A stretch of 64,000 nt of DNA, taken from positions 1 to 64,000 of IMG/VR virus record IMGVR_UViG_3300037400_003797; one strand, 5' to 3'. The translations under genes and the position numbers were made by a program. The notes beneath the pieces are model-generated. The model made no database searches and had not been told where the DNA came from. It saw only the letters and a list, made by a program, of their open reading frames with translations. This stretch comes from a virus (Duplodnaviria; Caudoviricetes). This document shows positions 9,369-19,407 of the stretch, one piece after another; position 1 is the first letter of the stretch; each line of letters begins with the position of its first letter.

Positions 9369-11786
9369 ATGGCAAGAATAATGAATCTGGGAGTATGGCA
9401 CAAGGCTTATATGCTCGAAATTATGGGGCTACAAAAAGAAGAAGGTTTTAGCCTTAGTTCTGCTTTGAATTTCAGCGGTTCAGAAGTGTTTACTTTTGCC
9501 TTGCCTCCAGAAGCGGAAGATTTTGACTATTCTCAAAGAGTGACCGAAACAAAGACTTTCGGCGGTGCTGTATTCGATGATTACGGCAACGATACTTTCA
9601 AAATTGTCATTTCCGGCTCTACCGTAAACAATGAAAAGAAACTTATCTACAGAGGAACAAAAGCAATTCCCGAATATCTGACAGGCGAAAAAGAAATATT
9701 CAAATTGCGTGATTTACTCTACAGAAGCGGAAAACTTGAAAACCTTGAAGGAAAGAAAGTTTATCTGTACGACCTTTCTAAGATGTCGGCTTTGCAGATT
9801 GCAGCCGGAAGCCCTGCTAAAAATAGCTGGTGGCGGGTACAGATTAAGTCACTCAAAATCAAAAGGTCAAAAGACAAGCCTTTTACATACAATTACACAC
9901 TCGAAATGATTGGATATTACGAGGACAAGAAATCAATTCCAAGTCTTTTCGGTAGTGGCGTAGCTGATTTTATTTCCGGGGCGCAAGAAGTTCTTGAAAC
10001 TATCAACACGGCTTTTGCAACGGTTGAAATGGCAGCCGGGCTTTGTGCTGATGTTAAAGAAAAAATTGAAGAAACTAGCAAACTTATAGAAAACATTGAC
10101 AATCCACAAGAAGCAATTCAAGTTATAGGTGGCTTTGAAAGGGCTTTAATTGGTACATCTACCGTAAATGCCGCTTATAATTCAGCGAAATCATGTGCCG
10201 CTTTATGTGGAAAATTAACAGAATTCAATGACGCAATGGGGCTTTCTGATGATACATCGAAGAGCGGAAGCATAAGCGAAGATGAAAAGTTTACCGTAAC
10301 ATTTGACGCAAACGGCGGACATTTTATTGTCAAAGAAGAAGAGGTAGACAAGATAACAGAATCGGTTTCTTATTCTCAATCTGCCACAAAGCCGGAAACT
10401 GACCCGACAAGAACAAATTACGAATTCGCTTATTGGTATCAGCTTTCAAGCCCGGACACAGAATTCAATTTCAAAGATACACCGATTAAGGCTGATATTA
10501 TTCTTTTTGCAAAATGGGTACAGAAAAAAGCCGTTGTCACTTTCAATTCTCGCGGTGGTTCTGCTGTTGATTCGCAGACGGTTGATATTGGCGGAAAAGC
10601 CACAAAGCCGGGAACTGACCCGACAAGAGCAGGATATAACTTTACTCAATGGTGTTCAAATTATGCGGCAACTATCGCCTTTAATTTTGATACCGTGATA
10701 AATGAAGATACGACTATCTATGCTGCATGGGCAAGAATAACGGCGGTTACTGTCACATTCGACAGCAAGGGCGGTTCTGATGTTCCTTCGCAGAGTGTAG
10801 AGCCGGGAAATAAAGTTATTTGCCCGGACATTCCGACTAAAGAATATTATGCGTTCGGCGGTTGGTTTACAGATGAAGAATGTACGACAGAATTTGATTT
10901 CAGCCAGAGCATTTCATCGTCACTCACTCTTTACGCAAAATGGACGAGAGCATACAACGATGTTGTTTTTGATTCTAAGGGCGGAAGTAGCGTAACAAAA
11001 CAGACCGTCATTATTGGCGGAACGGCAACAATCCCGGAACAGCCGACAAAAGACGGTTACACTTTTGCTTTCTGGTGTACAGATTCGGGGGCAACAAACG
11101 AATTCGACTTTACAACACCGATTACGGCAGATACCACACTTTACGCAAGGTGGATTTTGAATCAGTACACAGTAGCATTTAACAGTAACGGCGGAAGCAG
11201 CGTACAAAGCCAGAGCGTAGAGCATGGAAAACTCGTTGTATTCCCGATTATGCCGACAAAAACAAATTACTCATTCTTTATGTGGTGTAAGGATAAATAC
11301 CTTGAAGAAGAATTCAGCTTCTCAACGCCTGTTACATCTGATTTGACTTTATACGCCCGCTGGTTCGGAAGCTCTTATAGTTTTGCTTTCGATTCTAACG
11401 GCGGTAATACTATTCCAACACAGACGATTGAGAACGGCAAGAAAGCAACAAGGGTTGTACCTGCAAAGACAGGCAACACTTTTGAAGGCTGGTTCTCTGA
11501 TGAAGAGCTGACAAAAGAATACAGCTTTGATACAGCGGTCGTGCATGACATGACTGTTTGGGCGAAATGGCAGCCGGAAACATTCACAGTTACTTTTGAA
11601 TCTAACGGCGGTTCGGAAGTAGACCCACAGACTATTGAATACGGAAACACGGTAACACAGCCGGACAATCCGACAAAGAGCGGAAGCGCATTTGCAGGCT
11701 GGTATTCTGATGAAGAGCTGACACAGAGCTATGATTTTAGTAGTTCTGTTACATCTGATATAACGCTTTACGCAAAATGGAGCTGA
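9369..11786 (+). CDS. Tail/baseplate protein with seven Listeria-Bacteroides (InlB B-repeat-like) domains
   Basis: N-terminal phage tail-like region, then 7 repeats of VTFDSxGG...PTKxGYxFxGW...TLYAKW. Confidence 0.8.
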   Translation: MARIMNLGVWHKAYMLEIMGLQKEEGFSLSSALNFSGSEVFTFALPPEAEDFDYSQRVTETKTFGGAVFDDYGNDTFKIVISGSTVNNEKKLIYRGTKAIPEYLTGEKEIFKLRDLLYRSGKLENLEGKKVYLYDLSKMSALQIAAGSPAKNSWWRVQIKSLKIKRSKDKPFTYNYTLEMIGYYEDKKSIPSLFGSGVADFISGAQEVLETINTAFATVEMAAGLCADVKEKIEETSKLIENIDNPQEAIQVIGGFERALIGTSTVNAAYNSAKSCAALCGKLTEFNDAMGLSDDTSKSGSISEDEKFTVTFDANGGHFIVKEEEVDKITESVSYSQSATKPETDPTRTNYEFAYWYQLSSPDTEFNFKDTPIKADIILFAKWVQKKAVVTFNSRGGSAVDSQTVDIGGKATKPGTDPTRAGYNFTQWCSNYAATIAFNFDTVINEDTTIYAAWARITAVTVTFDSKGGSDVPSQSVEPGNKVICPDIPTKEYYAFGGWFTDEECTTEFDFSQSISSSLTLYAKWTRAYNDVVFDSKGGSSVTKQTVIIGGTATIPEQPTKDGYTFAFWCTDSGATNEFDFTTPITADTTLYARWILNQYTVAFNSNGGSSVQSQSVEHGKLVVFPIMPTKTNYSFFMWCKDKYLEEEFSFSTPVTSDLTLYARWFGSSYSFAFDSNGGNTIPTQTIENGKKATRVVPAKTGNTFEGWFSDEELTKEYSFDTAVVHDMTVWAKWQPETFTVTFESNGGSEVDPQTIEYGNTVTQPDNPTKSGSAFAGWYSDEELTQSYDFSSSVTSDITLYAKWS

Positions 11787-12520
11787 TTATGATGTTAGAA
11801 ACTGATGATGATAAGAAAGATTCTCTGATTGACGCGGAAGCAGAATTGAATTCTTGCGTATGTAAAATTGTTGCAGCCGTAAAACAGAAACAGACGATGT
11901 ACGAGCCTGTTGTTTATGTTGATACAGAAGGAAATGACGCTATCGCTTATGTGTACGATTCTCGGAAAATCCGCATGAGTTCAACAATGACGCTTGATAA
12001 ACTCGCCGAAAAGTTTTTCGGAAACGCTGATTATGCAAGCCTTATCGCTTATTACAACAATATCCAGAATGAGCATGAAATTGAAGCGGGAACGATTATA
12101 AAGATTCCTATTCTTTCGCCGGACGAATCAAACGCAAATAACCGTATCTATGCCATTCCGGGAGATACTGACAATTACGGTCGTGACATTGCGCTTGATG
12201 ATGAGGGCGATTTTGCCGTACAGAACGGAGATTTTGCCACAACAAGCAGCGTTGAAAACCTTAATCAAGCTATCGCAATGCGCCTTACAACAGCTTCGGA
12301 AAAACGCATAAGGTACAACGCTTACGGAATCAAGGCACAAATCGGAGAAGAAGCCGTAAAGAATTACCTTTTGAGTACGGTTGAGCAGACTGTTTTAGCT
12401 GACCCTCGCGTAATGGAAATCAACGAGATTTCGGCAAGCAGCGACAATGACAAGATTTATATTGCCGTGGATTACACGGATATAAACGGAAATAAACAAA
12501 AAATGAATGAAGAGGTGTAA
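11777..12520 (+). CDS. LysM-like plus gp25-like baseplate protein
   Basis: TLDKLAEKFFG...IKIP segment, then NLNQAI...YG...DPRV. Confidence 0.7.
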   Translation: MELIMMLETDDDKKDSLIDAEAELNSCVCKIVAAVKQKQTMYEPVVYVDTEGNDAIAYVYDSRKIRMSSTMTLDKLAEKFFGNADYASLIAYYNNIQNEHEIEAGTIIKIPILSPDESNANNRIYAIPGDTDNYGRDIALDDEGDFAVQNGDFATTSSVENLNQAIAMRLTTASEKRIRYNAYGIKAQIGEEAVKNYLLSTVEQTVLADPRVMEINEISASSDNDKIYIAVDYTDINGNKQKMNEEV

Positions 12521-12522
12521 AT

Positions 12523-13596
12523 ATGGCAGACATCAAAAGATACGATGAACTTATGGAAGAAGCCTGTGCGAATATGATTGCAAGGCAGAACAAGATAACC
12601 GACTTTAACGAAGGTTCTATCATTCACACGATTTTAGACACTTTTTGCCGCATTGTGGAAAGAGTGTATATTGCCATTCGTTCCGGGTTCAATCAAGGCT
12701 TGATTATGCTGATTTATTCCGTATTCAAGTTTGAGAAGAAAAGCGGAACTTATGCAAGCGGAAAAGTAACATTCAGCCGGGCTAGTGCATTGGACGCAAG
12801 AACGGTTATTCCTTCGGGCGTGAAGGTTTCTGGGAATGGTTTTAATTTTGTAACAACGGAAGCCGGAGCGATTGAAGCTGGCGCGGTTGATTCTGACGAA
12901 ATCACGATAAAGGCAGAAGAAGCCGGAAGTGACTATAACTTGGAAGCTGGGGCAATTACAAGTATTGATTCATCTGTACCTAGCGACATTTCAGCCGTAA
13001 CAAACAAAAACGCAATCACAGGCGGAACAAACGAGGAAACAGACGCGGAAGTAGAAGAACGGTTTACAAAGAAACTCGCCGGACTTTCCGGCACAAATCT
13101 TTACGGCATTGAGGACGCAGCTTTAAGCGTTGATTCTGTACGCTCGGTATCGGTAAAGAATCACAAGCCGCCGTTGAAGAATGTTTATCATGTTTCGGTT
13201 TATGTTGACGATGGCTCTGGAACGGCAAGCGATGAACTTTTGCAGGAAGTAAAAAAAGCCGTTGAAGGAACTGAAACACAGAACGGACACCTTGCGCCGG
13301 GAGTAAATGCCCGCTATCTTGCTCCAACCGCCGTACCTGTTGATTTTGAGATTGAAGTTTCTACAGGTGAAGTTGATACGGCAGAAACACAGGCAGAGAT
13401 TAAGAAGATTGTTCAGTCTTATGTGAATTCGCTCCGTATTGGCGGTACGGTTATTCTTTCAACGATTGTCGCAAAAATCCGGGCATTGTCTTATGTGTCT
13501 GATGTTACGATTAAATCACCGACTGAAAACTTTACCGTAAACAGTGAGCAGATTGCACGGTTTGGAAACGCAGAAATTACAGTTGTGGAGAGTTAA
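12523..13596 (+). CDS. Baseplate J-like protein
   Basis: TDFNEGS, ASGKVTF, GGTNEETD motifs. Confidence 0.85.
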   Translation: MADIKRYDELMEEACANMIARQNKITDFNEGSIIHTILDTFCRIVERVYIAIRSGFNQGLIMLIYSVFKFEKKSGTYASGKVTFSRASALDARTVIPSGVKVSGNGFNFVTTEAGAIEAGAVDSDEITIKAEEAGSDYNLEAGAITSIDSSVPSDISAVTNKNAITGGTNEETDAEVEERFTKKLAGLSGTNLYGIEDAALSVDSVRSVSVKNHKPPLKNVYHVSVYVDDGSGTASDELLQEVKKAVEGTETQNGHLAPGVNARYLAPTAVPVDFEIEVSTGEVDTAETQAEIKKIVQSYVNSLRIGGTVILSTIVAKIRALSYVSDVTIKSPTENFTVNSEQIARFGNAEITVVES

Positions 13597-13598
13597 AA

Positions 13599-14888
13599 AT
13601 GAAACTTGGCGATTTTATAAAAAGTCCTTTTTCTACTCTCATAAACAGAAAAGGAAGCATATTCAAAGCTCTTCTTGCGGACAATGGAAACGGCACAATG
13701 GAAAAGCTGATTTCTGGTGTGGAAACTTGCCGCTCTGAATGGTGTAACGACACGGATTTTTACAACATGAGCGGTGAACGGTTTGAAAAATGTGCCGCTT
13801 TGTTCAGCGTTCTTAAAAGAATGTATGAAGAAAGTGACGAATCTTTCAAAAACAGAATCGGCTTGCTTTTGCACAGAAACGGTGATGATATTTGGGGCGA
13901 CAAGTGGAATATCCTTCATATCTTGCAGACCTACTTTGATACAAAATCGGTATGGATTCGCAACAGCACGGATAATCCTAGCCTTAATATTCTTTCTGAC
14001 CCGGATTTTGAAAAGATGTCTGCATGGACGCTTGAAGGTGGGGCTGCATATTCACAGCAGGCGAATTTCAGCGGTGCTTTGGGTATGGCTTTTTCTTCTG
14101 TTGGTTCATGTTCGCAGATTGTTTCCGTTTCACAGGACACTACATATTTCCTTCACTTCTTTGTGCAGGGAAAGATAAATGTTTCTGTAAGGGATAATAA
14201 CGGTCGTTATTACTGTACGAAAGCGGGTGATTTCGGAGCATGGCAACAGAATAAATGTGTCGCAACTTTTTCTTGTGATGAATGGGATGCTAAAAGTTTG
14301 TTCTTTATTACTGATTCTGATGTTAGCGCGGTGACAATCACTTTTGAATATGTGGATATTGAAACATACCTTGATTACACAAGGCTTTTTGCAATGGACG
14401 GAAGCATTACATTCTCTGTAATCGTTCAGTTCAAAGGCGTTCACAGTGATTCAACGCTTGTTCTTGCGCCGGGCGAAGCTGACCCGATTAAAGCTCCTGT
14501 TTTGGACTTTGCGGGATTCTTTGCCGAAGGTACGCAAGATGTAAGAGAAATAGACAGTGCAGACCAGAGTTTCTATGACTTTGATTCTGCTGCTGCAATA
14601 GCTGATGTTTCACCACTTTTAACAGGTGGGGAAGAGGACTTTATACCGACTGCAAACCTCGACGGCAGGGCGTATATAGAGCTTGATACATGGTGCATGG
14701 CGGGCAATACGGACGGCGATGTAATCACGATTGATTACGATTCAATGTCTTATTACGACAACGCATTTGTGTATGGAGCTACAGGCACTAAATCGCAGGC
14801 AGTTTACGAAGAATTGCTTGAGATTATGGCTGCTGGGGGAACAACGCCATTCATTGAGCTAGTCACTCGTGAAAGTGCGGAAGAATAA
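13599..14888 (+). CDS. Baseplate wedge/tail protein
   Basis: RxxxESDESFKNRI motif; lies between baseplate J and fibre gene. Confidence 0.6.
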   Translation: MKLGDFIKSPFSTLINRKGSIFKALLADNGNGTMEKLISGVETCRSEWCNDTDFYNMSGERFEKCAALFSVLKRMYEESDESFKNRIGLLLHRNGDDIWGDKWNILHILQTYFDTKSVWIRNSTDNPSLNILSDPDFEKMSAWTLEGGAAYSQQANFSGALGMAFSSVGSCSQIVSVSQDTTYFLHFFVQGKINVSVRDNNGRYYCTKAGDFGAWQQNKCVATFSCDEWDAKSLFFITDSDVSAVTITFEYVDIETYLDYTRLFAMDGSITFSVIVQFKGVHSDSTLVLAPGEADPIKAPVLDFAGFFAEGTQDVREIDSADQSFYDFDSAAAIADVSPLLTGGEEDFIPTANLDGRAYIELDTWCMAGNTDGDVITIDYDSMSYYDNAFVYGATGTKSQAVYEELLEIMAAGGTTPFIELVTRESAEE

Positions 14889-14909
14889 AATATCGAGGAG
14901 GCATTTTAT

Positions 14910-17000
14910 ATGTCTAATTTGGCAGGAGCGGTAACGCTTGAAAACGAAATCGTGAAAGCGACAGACTTTCAGTATGCTCACGACCAGCAGTATAAGAACA
15001 TTGCGCTTGTACTGAAAACTATTGTATCTGGGAGCGGGCATAACTTCATTCTTGGCGGTTCTGTAGCACCATATACAAACGGCGGAATGAATGTACAGGT
15101 TGACGGCTTGCTTGCGTATTGTGACGCAAACAAGGAAGTAGGAATTGAAACAGAAATGACTAAGCCTGTTTCTGTTGAAGCTGCTGACGACACACTTGAC
15201 CGCAAGGACATTGTGCAGGTTGCTATTTCAGAAGTCGGCTTTGACGAGCAGAGCCGCGCATTTATCGACCCGGACACAAAAGTTAAGACTTTTGAACACA
15301 TCAACACAAAGAAAAAAGTTGTGCTGACTATTTCTGTAAAGAAAGGTTCAAACGGTTCTGAAATTGCGCCTGCAGTTGATGAAGGTTGTGTAAAAATCGC
15401 TGAAATTTCTGTTCCGGCTGGTACTCTTAACATTACATCTGACTTAATTGAGAATGTTTCTTCAAGAGTTGCGGGCGGTGAGAATGTGAATTGGACGGCG
15501 GATAAAGATTCTACTTTTGCGCCGATTTACCTTGCTTCACTCATTCAGAGCTATCTCACACAGCACAATGAGGACGGCACACACAAGGACAATTCCATTG
15601 TTGCGGCAATGCTGAAATTCGGCACTGAATCCGGCTCAATCAATGCAAGCCTTTTGCCTGTTGGCGAGAGCATGACATTGAATAAGGTTTCTCACGAATC
15701 TGTAGAAAGCACAAAAGAGCTTATTAAGGCTATCGTAACTTTCTGCAATGGAGTGTACGCCTACACAAACAATATTTTCTCACGCTATGAATATCTTGAA
15801 GATGTTCCGGCAGCAGTTTCAACAGAAAATATTGATGTAACCGAAGGTGGGGAAACAACTATTGACGGCGTTTCTGTAACAGCAGGTCAGATTGTTTTCT
15901 TGAAAGACCAGACAGACAAAAAAGAAAACGGTCTGTGGGAAGTTCAGACAGGAAGCTGGAACAGAGCAGACGACTACGAAGAATCGACAACAGCCTTTGA
16001 CCACAAACTTGTTTTTGCAGCAGCAGGAACAGTGAATAAGGGGAAGGTTTTCTTTTTGCCGGGCAACACTTACACAATCGGCACTGATGAACTTGATTTT
16101 ACAGAAGCAAACTTCACTTCTGACAAACAGGCTCACAAATTCGTTATGCGTGACGAGAACGGACGCGCAAAAATGGCAGAGCCGGAAGAAGATGATGATA
16201 TTGCCGTAAAGGCTACCGTTAAGGCAGAAGAAGCTGCAAGAAAGGCTTATGAAAAGCAGCTTACAGCACATTATGACAGTTGCGAAGGAAGAAACCTTTT
16301 AACCGTTCTTGGTGTAGAAACTGTAGCCGAGGCTATGGAGATTCTTCACGAAAGATGTAACGGAACAGGAAAGCCGGACTTTTCGGGGCTTCTGATTGGT
16401 GATTATCTTGATTTGCCGTCATTCACTGTAGACGGAACTAGCTATAGTGGTCAGCGTATCGTTATTTCTGGATTCAATCAGTATATCGGTGTCGGTGATA
16501 CGGAAAACACTAAGAATCATATTCTTTGGACTTTCCGTGATGTCGTTCTCAAAAGACAGATGAACACAAGTGATACCAATGCAGGCGGTTATCCTGCTTC
16601 TGCAATGAAAACATTCCTTGAAGGTGTGTTTGCAGCAGGTCTTGCTTCTGCTCTTGGCGGAACTTACATCTATTCTGTAAGACGCGCTACTTCTGTTAAA
16701 GGTTCTACAGCATGGAATAGCTTTACGGTATTCTTGCCAACTACTGTTGAAGTATTCGGAGTTGATACCTACGGTGACGACCAGATTGCTTGGAATACGA
16801 ATGTTCAGTTTCCTATCTTTAGGAATTCTTCTTACTATCGTATTAAGCGTTATAGTGGAAGTAGAGCGTGGTGGTGGCTCGGTACGCCTGGTGCGTCGAA
16901 CTCCACCTCCTTCTGCCATGTCTACGGCCGTGGTAGTGGCGACGGCGTCATTGCAAGTAATACTGATGGCGGCGTTGCGCCCGCTTTCTGTACCTGCTAA
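14910..17000 (+). CDS. Tail fibre/receptor-binding protein, DGR target 1
   Basis: 696 aa; C-terminal WWWLGTP...GGVAPAF C-type-lectin-like end containing VR1. Confidence 0.85.
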   Translation: MSNLAGAVTLENEIVKATDFQYAHDQQYKNIALVLKTIVSGSGHNFILGGSVAPYTNGGMNVQVDGLLAYCDANKEVGIETEMTKPVSVEAADDTLDRKDIVQVAISEVGFDEQSRAFIDPDTKVKTFEHINTKKKVVLTISVKKGSNGSEIAPAVDEGCVKIAEISVPAGTLNITSDLIENVSSRVAGGENVNWTADKDSTFAPIYLASLIQSYLTQHNEDGTHKDNSIVAAMLKFGTESGSINASLLPVGESMTLNKVSHESVESTKELIKAIVTFCNGVYAYTNNIFSRYEYLEDVPAAVSTENIDVTEGGETTIDGVSVTAGQIVFLKDQTDKKENGLWEVQTGSWNRADDYEESTTAFDHKLVFAAAGTVNKGKVFFLPGNTYTIGTDELDFTEANFTSDKQAHKFVMRDENGRAKMAEPEEDDDIAVKATVKAEEAARKAYEKQLTAHYDSCEGRNLLTVLGVETVAEAMEILHERCNGTGKPDFSGLLIGDYLDLPSFTVDGTSYSGQRIVISGFNQYIGVGDTENTKNHILWTFRDVVLKRQMNTSDTNAGGYPASAMKTFLEGVFAAGLASALGGTYIYSVRRATSVKGSTAWNSFTVFLPTTVEVFGVDTYGDDQIAWNTNVQFPIFRNSSYYRIKRYSGSRAWWWLGTPGASNSTSFCHVYGRGSGDGVIASNTDGGVAPAFCTC
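16881..16989 (+). repeat. DGR variable repeat VR1
   Basis: 109-nt ungapped match to TR with 20 mismatches, all at TR adenines. Confidence 0.95.
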
Positions 17001-17015
17001 GGTGCAGAATCTTTA

Positions 17016-17045
17016 ATCTTAAAATCTGGGCGGCGTAATGCCGCC
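17016..17045 (+). promoter_or_regulatory. DGR cis element after VR1 (motif plus hairpin)
   Basis: ATCTTAAAATCT then GGCGGC-GTAAT-GCCGCC. Confidence 0.8.
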
Positions 17046-17100
17046 TTTATTTAGCAATAGAGAAAATACTAAGAATAAATATTTTAGGAGCATAAATAAT

Positions 17101-17613
17101 ATGTCGGTTGTTAAGAATAAGAGAAGTTTATCAAGACTTGAATTTTACAACACAGCAAGAAAATTAAGAATCGACCTTACGAATTGGCTTTTGCGTGATT
17201 TTGGAATCCGCGACAAAGTTTATAAATTTAAAAATGATGATGAACTAGAGAAAACTCTTTATGCAGAATATCCGAAATGGTTTATTGAAAGCACAAGAAA
17301 AACAATGCTGACTATATTAACAAATCTAATGATGAATATTACGGCAGCAAATTCTATCTACCCGATAAACATGACGGAAGTAGATTTAAGGCGTGGAATA
17401 CAGGATAAGGCAATCGCAAATTGCGAGCAGCTTTTACAGGAGCTTATTTACTGCGCTGATGTAATGCCTTTACAGATTTCAAAGCTAGAGCCTTATGCAG
17501 AAATGATAAACAAAGAAATTGCATTGCTGAAAGGCTGGCGAAAAACAACTAACGATATTGGTAAAAGGATAATGACAAAGAATCAAAAAAGTGATACTAT
17601 ATTTCGTACTTAA
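17101..17613 (+). CDS. avd: DGR accessory variability determinant (four-helix bundle)
   Basis: MSVVKNKR start, ANSIYP, LLKGWRK; sits between target gene and TR. Confidence 0.85.
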   Translation: MSVVKNKRSLSRLEFYNTARKLRIDLTNWLLRDFGIRDKVYKFKNDDELEKTLYAEYPKWFIESTRKTMLTILTNLMMNITAANSIYPINMTEVDLRRGIQDKAIANCEQLLQELIYCADVMPLQISKLEPYAEMINKEIALLKGWRKTTNDIGKRIMTKNQKSDTIFRT

Positions 17614-17652
17614 TACTAAAAATAAAAAGTAAAGAAAAATGGGAAACAATCT

Positions 17653-17761
17653 GATACGCCTAATGCGTCGAACTCCACCAACTTCTGCAATGTCAACAAC
17701 AATGGTAATAGCAACAACAACAATGCAAGTAATACTGATGGCGGCGTTGCGCCCGATTTCT
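17653..17761 (+). repeat. DGR template repeat TR
   Basis: Intergenic; 13 AAY triplets; matches VR1 and VR2 except almost only at adenines. Confidence 0.95.
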
Positions 17762-18016
17762 TACGGTGGTCATAAGTGTAGGCTTTTTAGCCGAGCCACC
17801 TTCTTAGAAAGGAGATTGTTTCCTTCCGTGAAAGAACGGTAAACGAGTATCTGACGAGTTCGGGCGGACGCTTCTTGCATGGCATGGGTTGTGTAGTAAT
17901 CCCTTGTTTCATGCCCGGAAACTCTAAGCGGCTTGGTGCTAAAACTACACACCGTTTACAGAAGAGTAGGCGGAAGCCGTGCAGATACATTTTTCTTTTT
18001 TTATTTGAAGGCAACT

Positions 18017-19264
18017 ATGACGAGCAAAGAAAGAAAAGAAGGGCGCAGATTAAGAAGAATCGAAAATCGACAGCGTAAAAAGGCTGATTTTCTTAAACAA
18101 TACAACGATTTTAATTTAGTTACTAATACAGATAATCTTTATCATGCTTTCAAGATGTCTAGGCGCGGTGTAAGCTGGAAAGAAAGCGTACAGCGTTACG
18201 AAAACGATGTCTTGCAGAATATAAACGATACAAAACAAAAACTTTTAAACGGCGAGAGCGTACAGAAAGGCTTTGTTGAATTCCAGATACACGAGCGGGG
18301 TAAAGTCCGCCATATCCGAAGCGTACATATTTCAGAAAGAATCGTACAAAAGTGTTTGTGTGACGAAATTCTTGTACCGATTATTACACGCTCTTTGATT
18401 TACGATAACGGCGCAAGTATAAAAAATAAGGGTATCAGCTTTGCAATGAATCGGTTACGGTGTCATTTGACAAAGTTTTACCGGGAAAATCATTCAAACA
18501 AAGGTTATGCGCTTGTAATTGATTTCTCAAAGTATTTTGACAATATTCTGCATGACAAACTCTTTGAAATGCAGAGAAGCAATCTGACAGACGAGCGGAT
18601 TTTCAATCTTTATAAGAGCTTTATTACTGTCTTTGGTGACGGTATTTCTTTAGGGCTTGGAAGTCAAGTTTCGCAGATTTCGGCTATCTCATATCCGAAC
18701 AAATTAGACCATTATTGCAAGGAAGTATTGAGAATCAAATATTATGGGCGTTATATGGACGATACATATTTGATTCACAGTGATAAAAAGTATCTTGAAT
18801 ATTGTCTTTCAGAGATAAAGAGAATCTGTGATGAATTGGGAATTAAGCTTAATCCGAAGAAAACGCGAATTGTGCCACTTGATGAAGGTTTCTGGTTCTT
18901 GAAGGGAAAATACATCTTGCTTGAATCCGGTAAAATCATTTGCAAGCCTGCTCGTGACGGTGCTTTGCGAATGAGAAGAAAATTAAGAAAGTTCCTCAAA
19001 ATGGTTGAAGAAGGTACGATGTCGCTTTCTGATGTTTACACTTCTTACCAATCATTCAGAAGCCATTTAATGCAGTTTGACAGCTACCACATCGTTCATA
19101 ACATGGATAAATACTATGCTAAACTGTTCGTACATAACTACAGCCTGCTTTATGATGAGCCGAGAATAACGCATAAGAACAGAATATTAAGCGAGCGCAA
19201 CAGGTGCATTGTACCTATCAGTCGTGTTTCAATAAAGAAAATGCCGCTTTTAGCCGGGGTATGA
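18017..19264 (+). CDS. DGR reverse transcriptase
   Basis: IDFSKYFD, LGLGSQVSQ and RYMDD motifs; about 415 aa; no maturase/endonuclease extension. Confidence 0.95.
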   Translation: MTSKERKEGRRLRRIENRQRKKADFLKQYNDFNLVTNTDNLYHAFKMSRRGVSWKESVQRYENDVLQNINDTKQKLLNGESVQKGFVEFQIHERGKVRHIRSVHISERIVQKCLCDEILVPIITRSLIYDNGASIKNKGISFAMNRLRCHLTKFYRENHSNKGYALVIDFSKYFDNILHDKLFEMQRSNLTDERIFNLYKSFITVFGDGISLGLGSQVSQISAISYPNKLDHYCKEVLRIKYYGRYMDDTYLIHSDKKYLEYCLSEIKRICDELGIKLNPKKTRIVPLDEGFWFLKGKYILLESGKIICKPARDGALRMRRKLRKFLKMVEEGTMSLSDVYTSYQSFRSHLMQFDSYHIVHNMDKYYAKLFVHNYSLLYDEPRITHKNRILSERNRCIVPISRVSIKKMPLLAGV

Positions 19265-19278
19265 GTTTAAGAAACTGA

Positions 19279-19385
19279 TTGATTTTTAGTCCTATATATC
19301 GTATAATTTACTATAAAAGGTATTTTGTAGCAACAAAAGCCGCTGGAATGACACTTGAACTGTCTTTCGGCGGCTTTTTTATTTC
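19279..19385 (+). promoter_or_regulatory. Promoter followed by an intrinsic terminator upstream of the lysis region
   Basis: TTGATT-17-TATAAT at 19279-19307; AAAAGCCGC...GCGGCTTTTTT hairpin. Confidence 0.55.
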
Positions 19386-19407
19386 TACAGGAAAAGGACT
19401 TAGGGCA

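Larger units (their letters stand above)
16881..19264 (+). mobile_element. Diversity-generating retroelement cassette (VR1-avd-TR-RT)
   Basis: All core components present in canonical order. Confidence 0.93.

Noticed and set aside
10290-11786. CRISPR-like periodic repeats
   Set aside because: Degenerate in-frame protein domain repeats; no repeat-spacer array or cas genes seen in the window
17695-17724. AAC runs as a microsatellite
   Set aside because: They are the AAY triplets of the DGR template repeat
17639-17842. ORF-track proteins over TR and alternative-frame ORFs over the VRs (16747-17016, 32969-33226)
   Set aside because: By-products of the TR/VR repeats; no RBS or independent coding evidence
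17933-19264. RT as a group II intron or retron
   Set aside because: GxxxSQ motif, compact size, adjacent avd and TR/VR pairs identify it as a DGR RT
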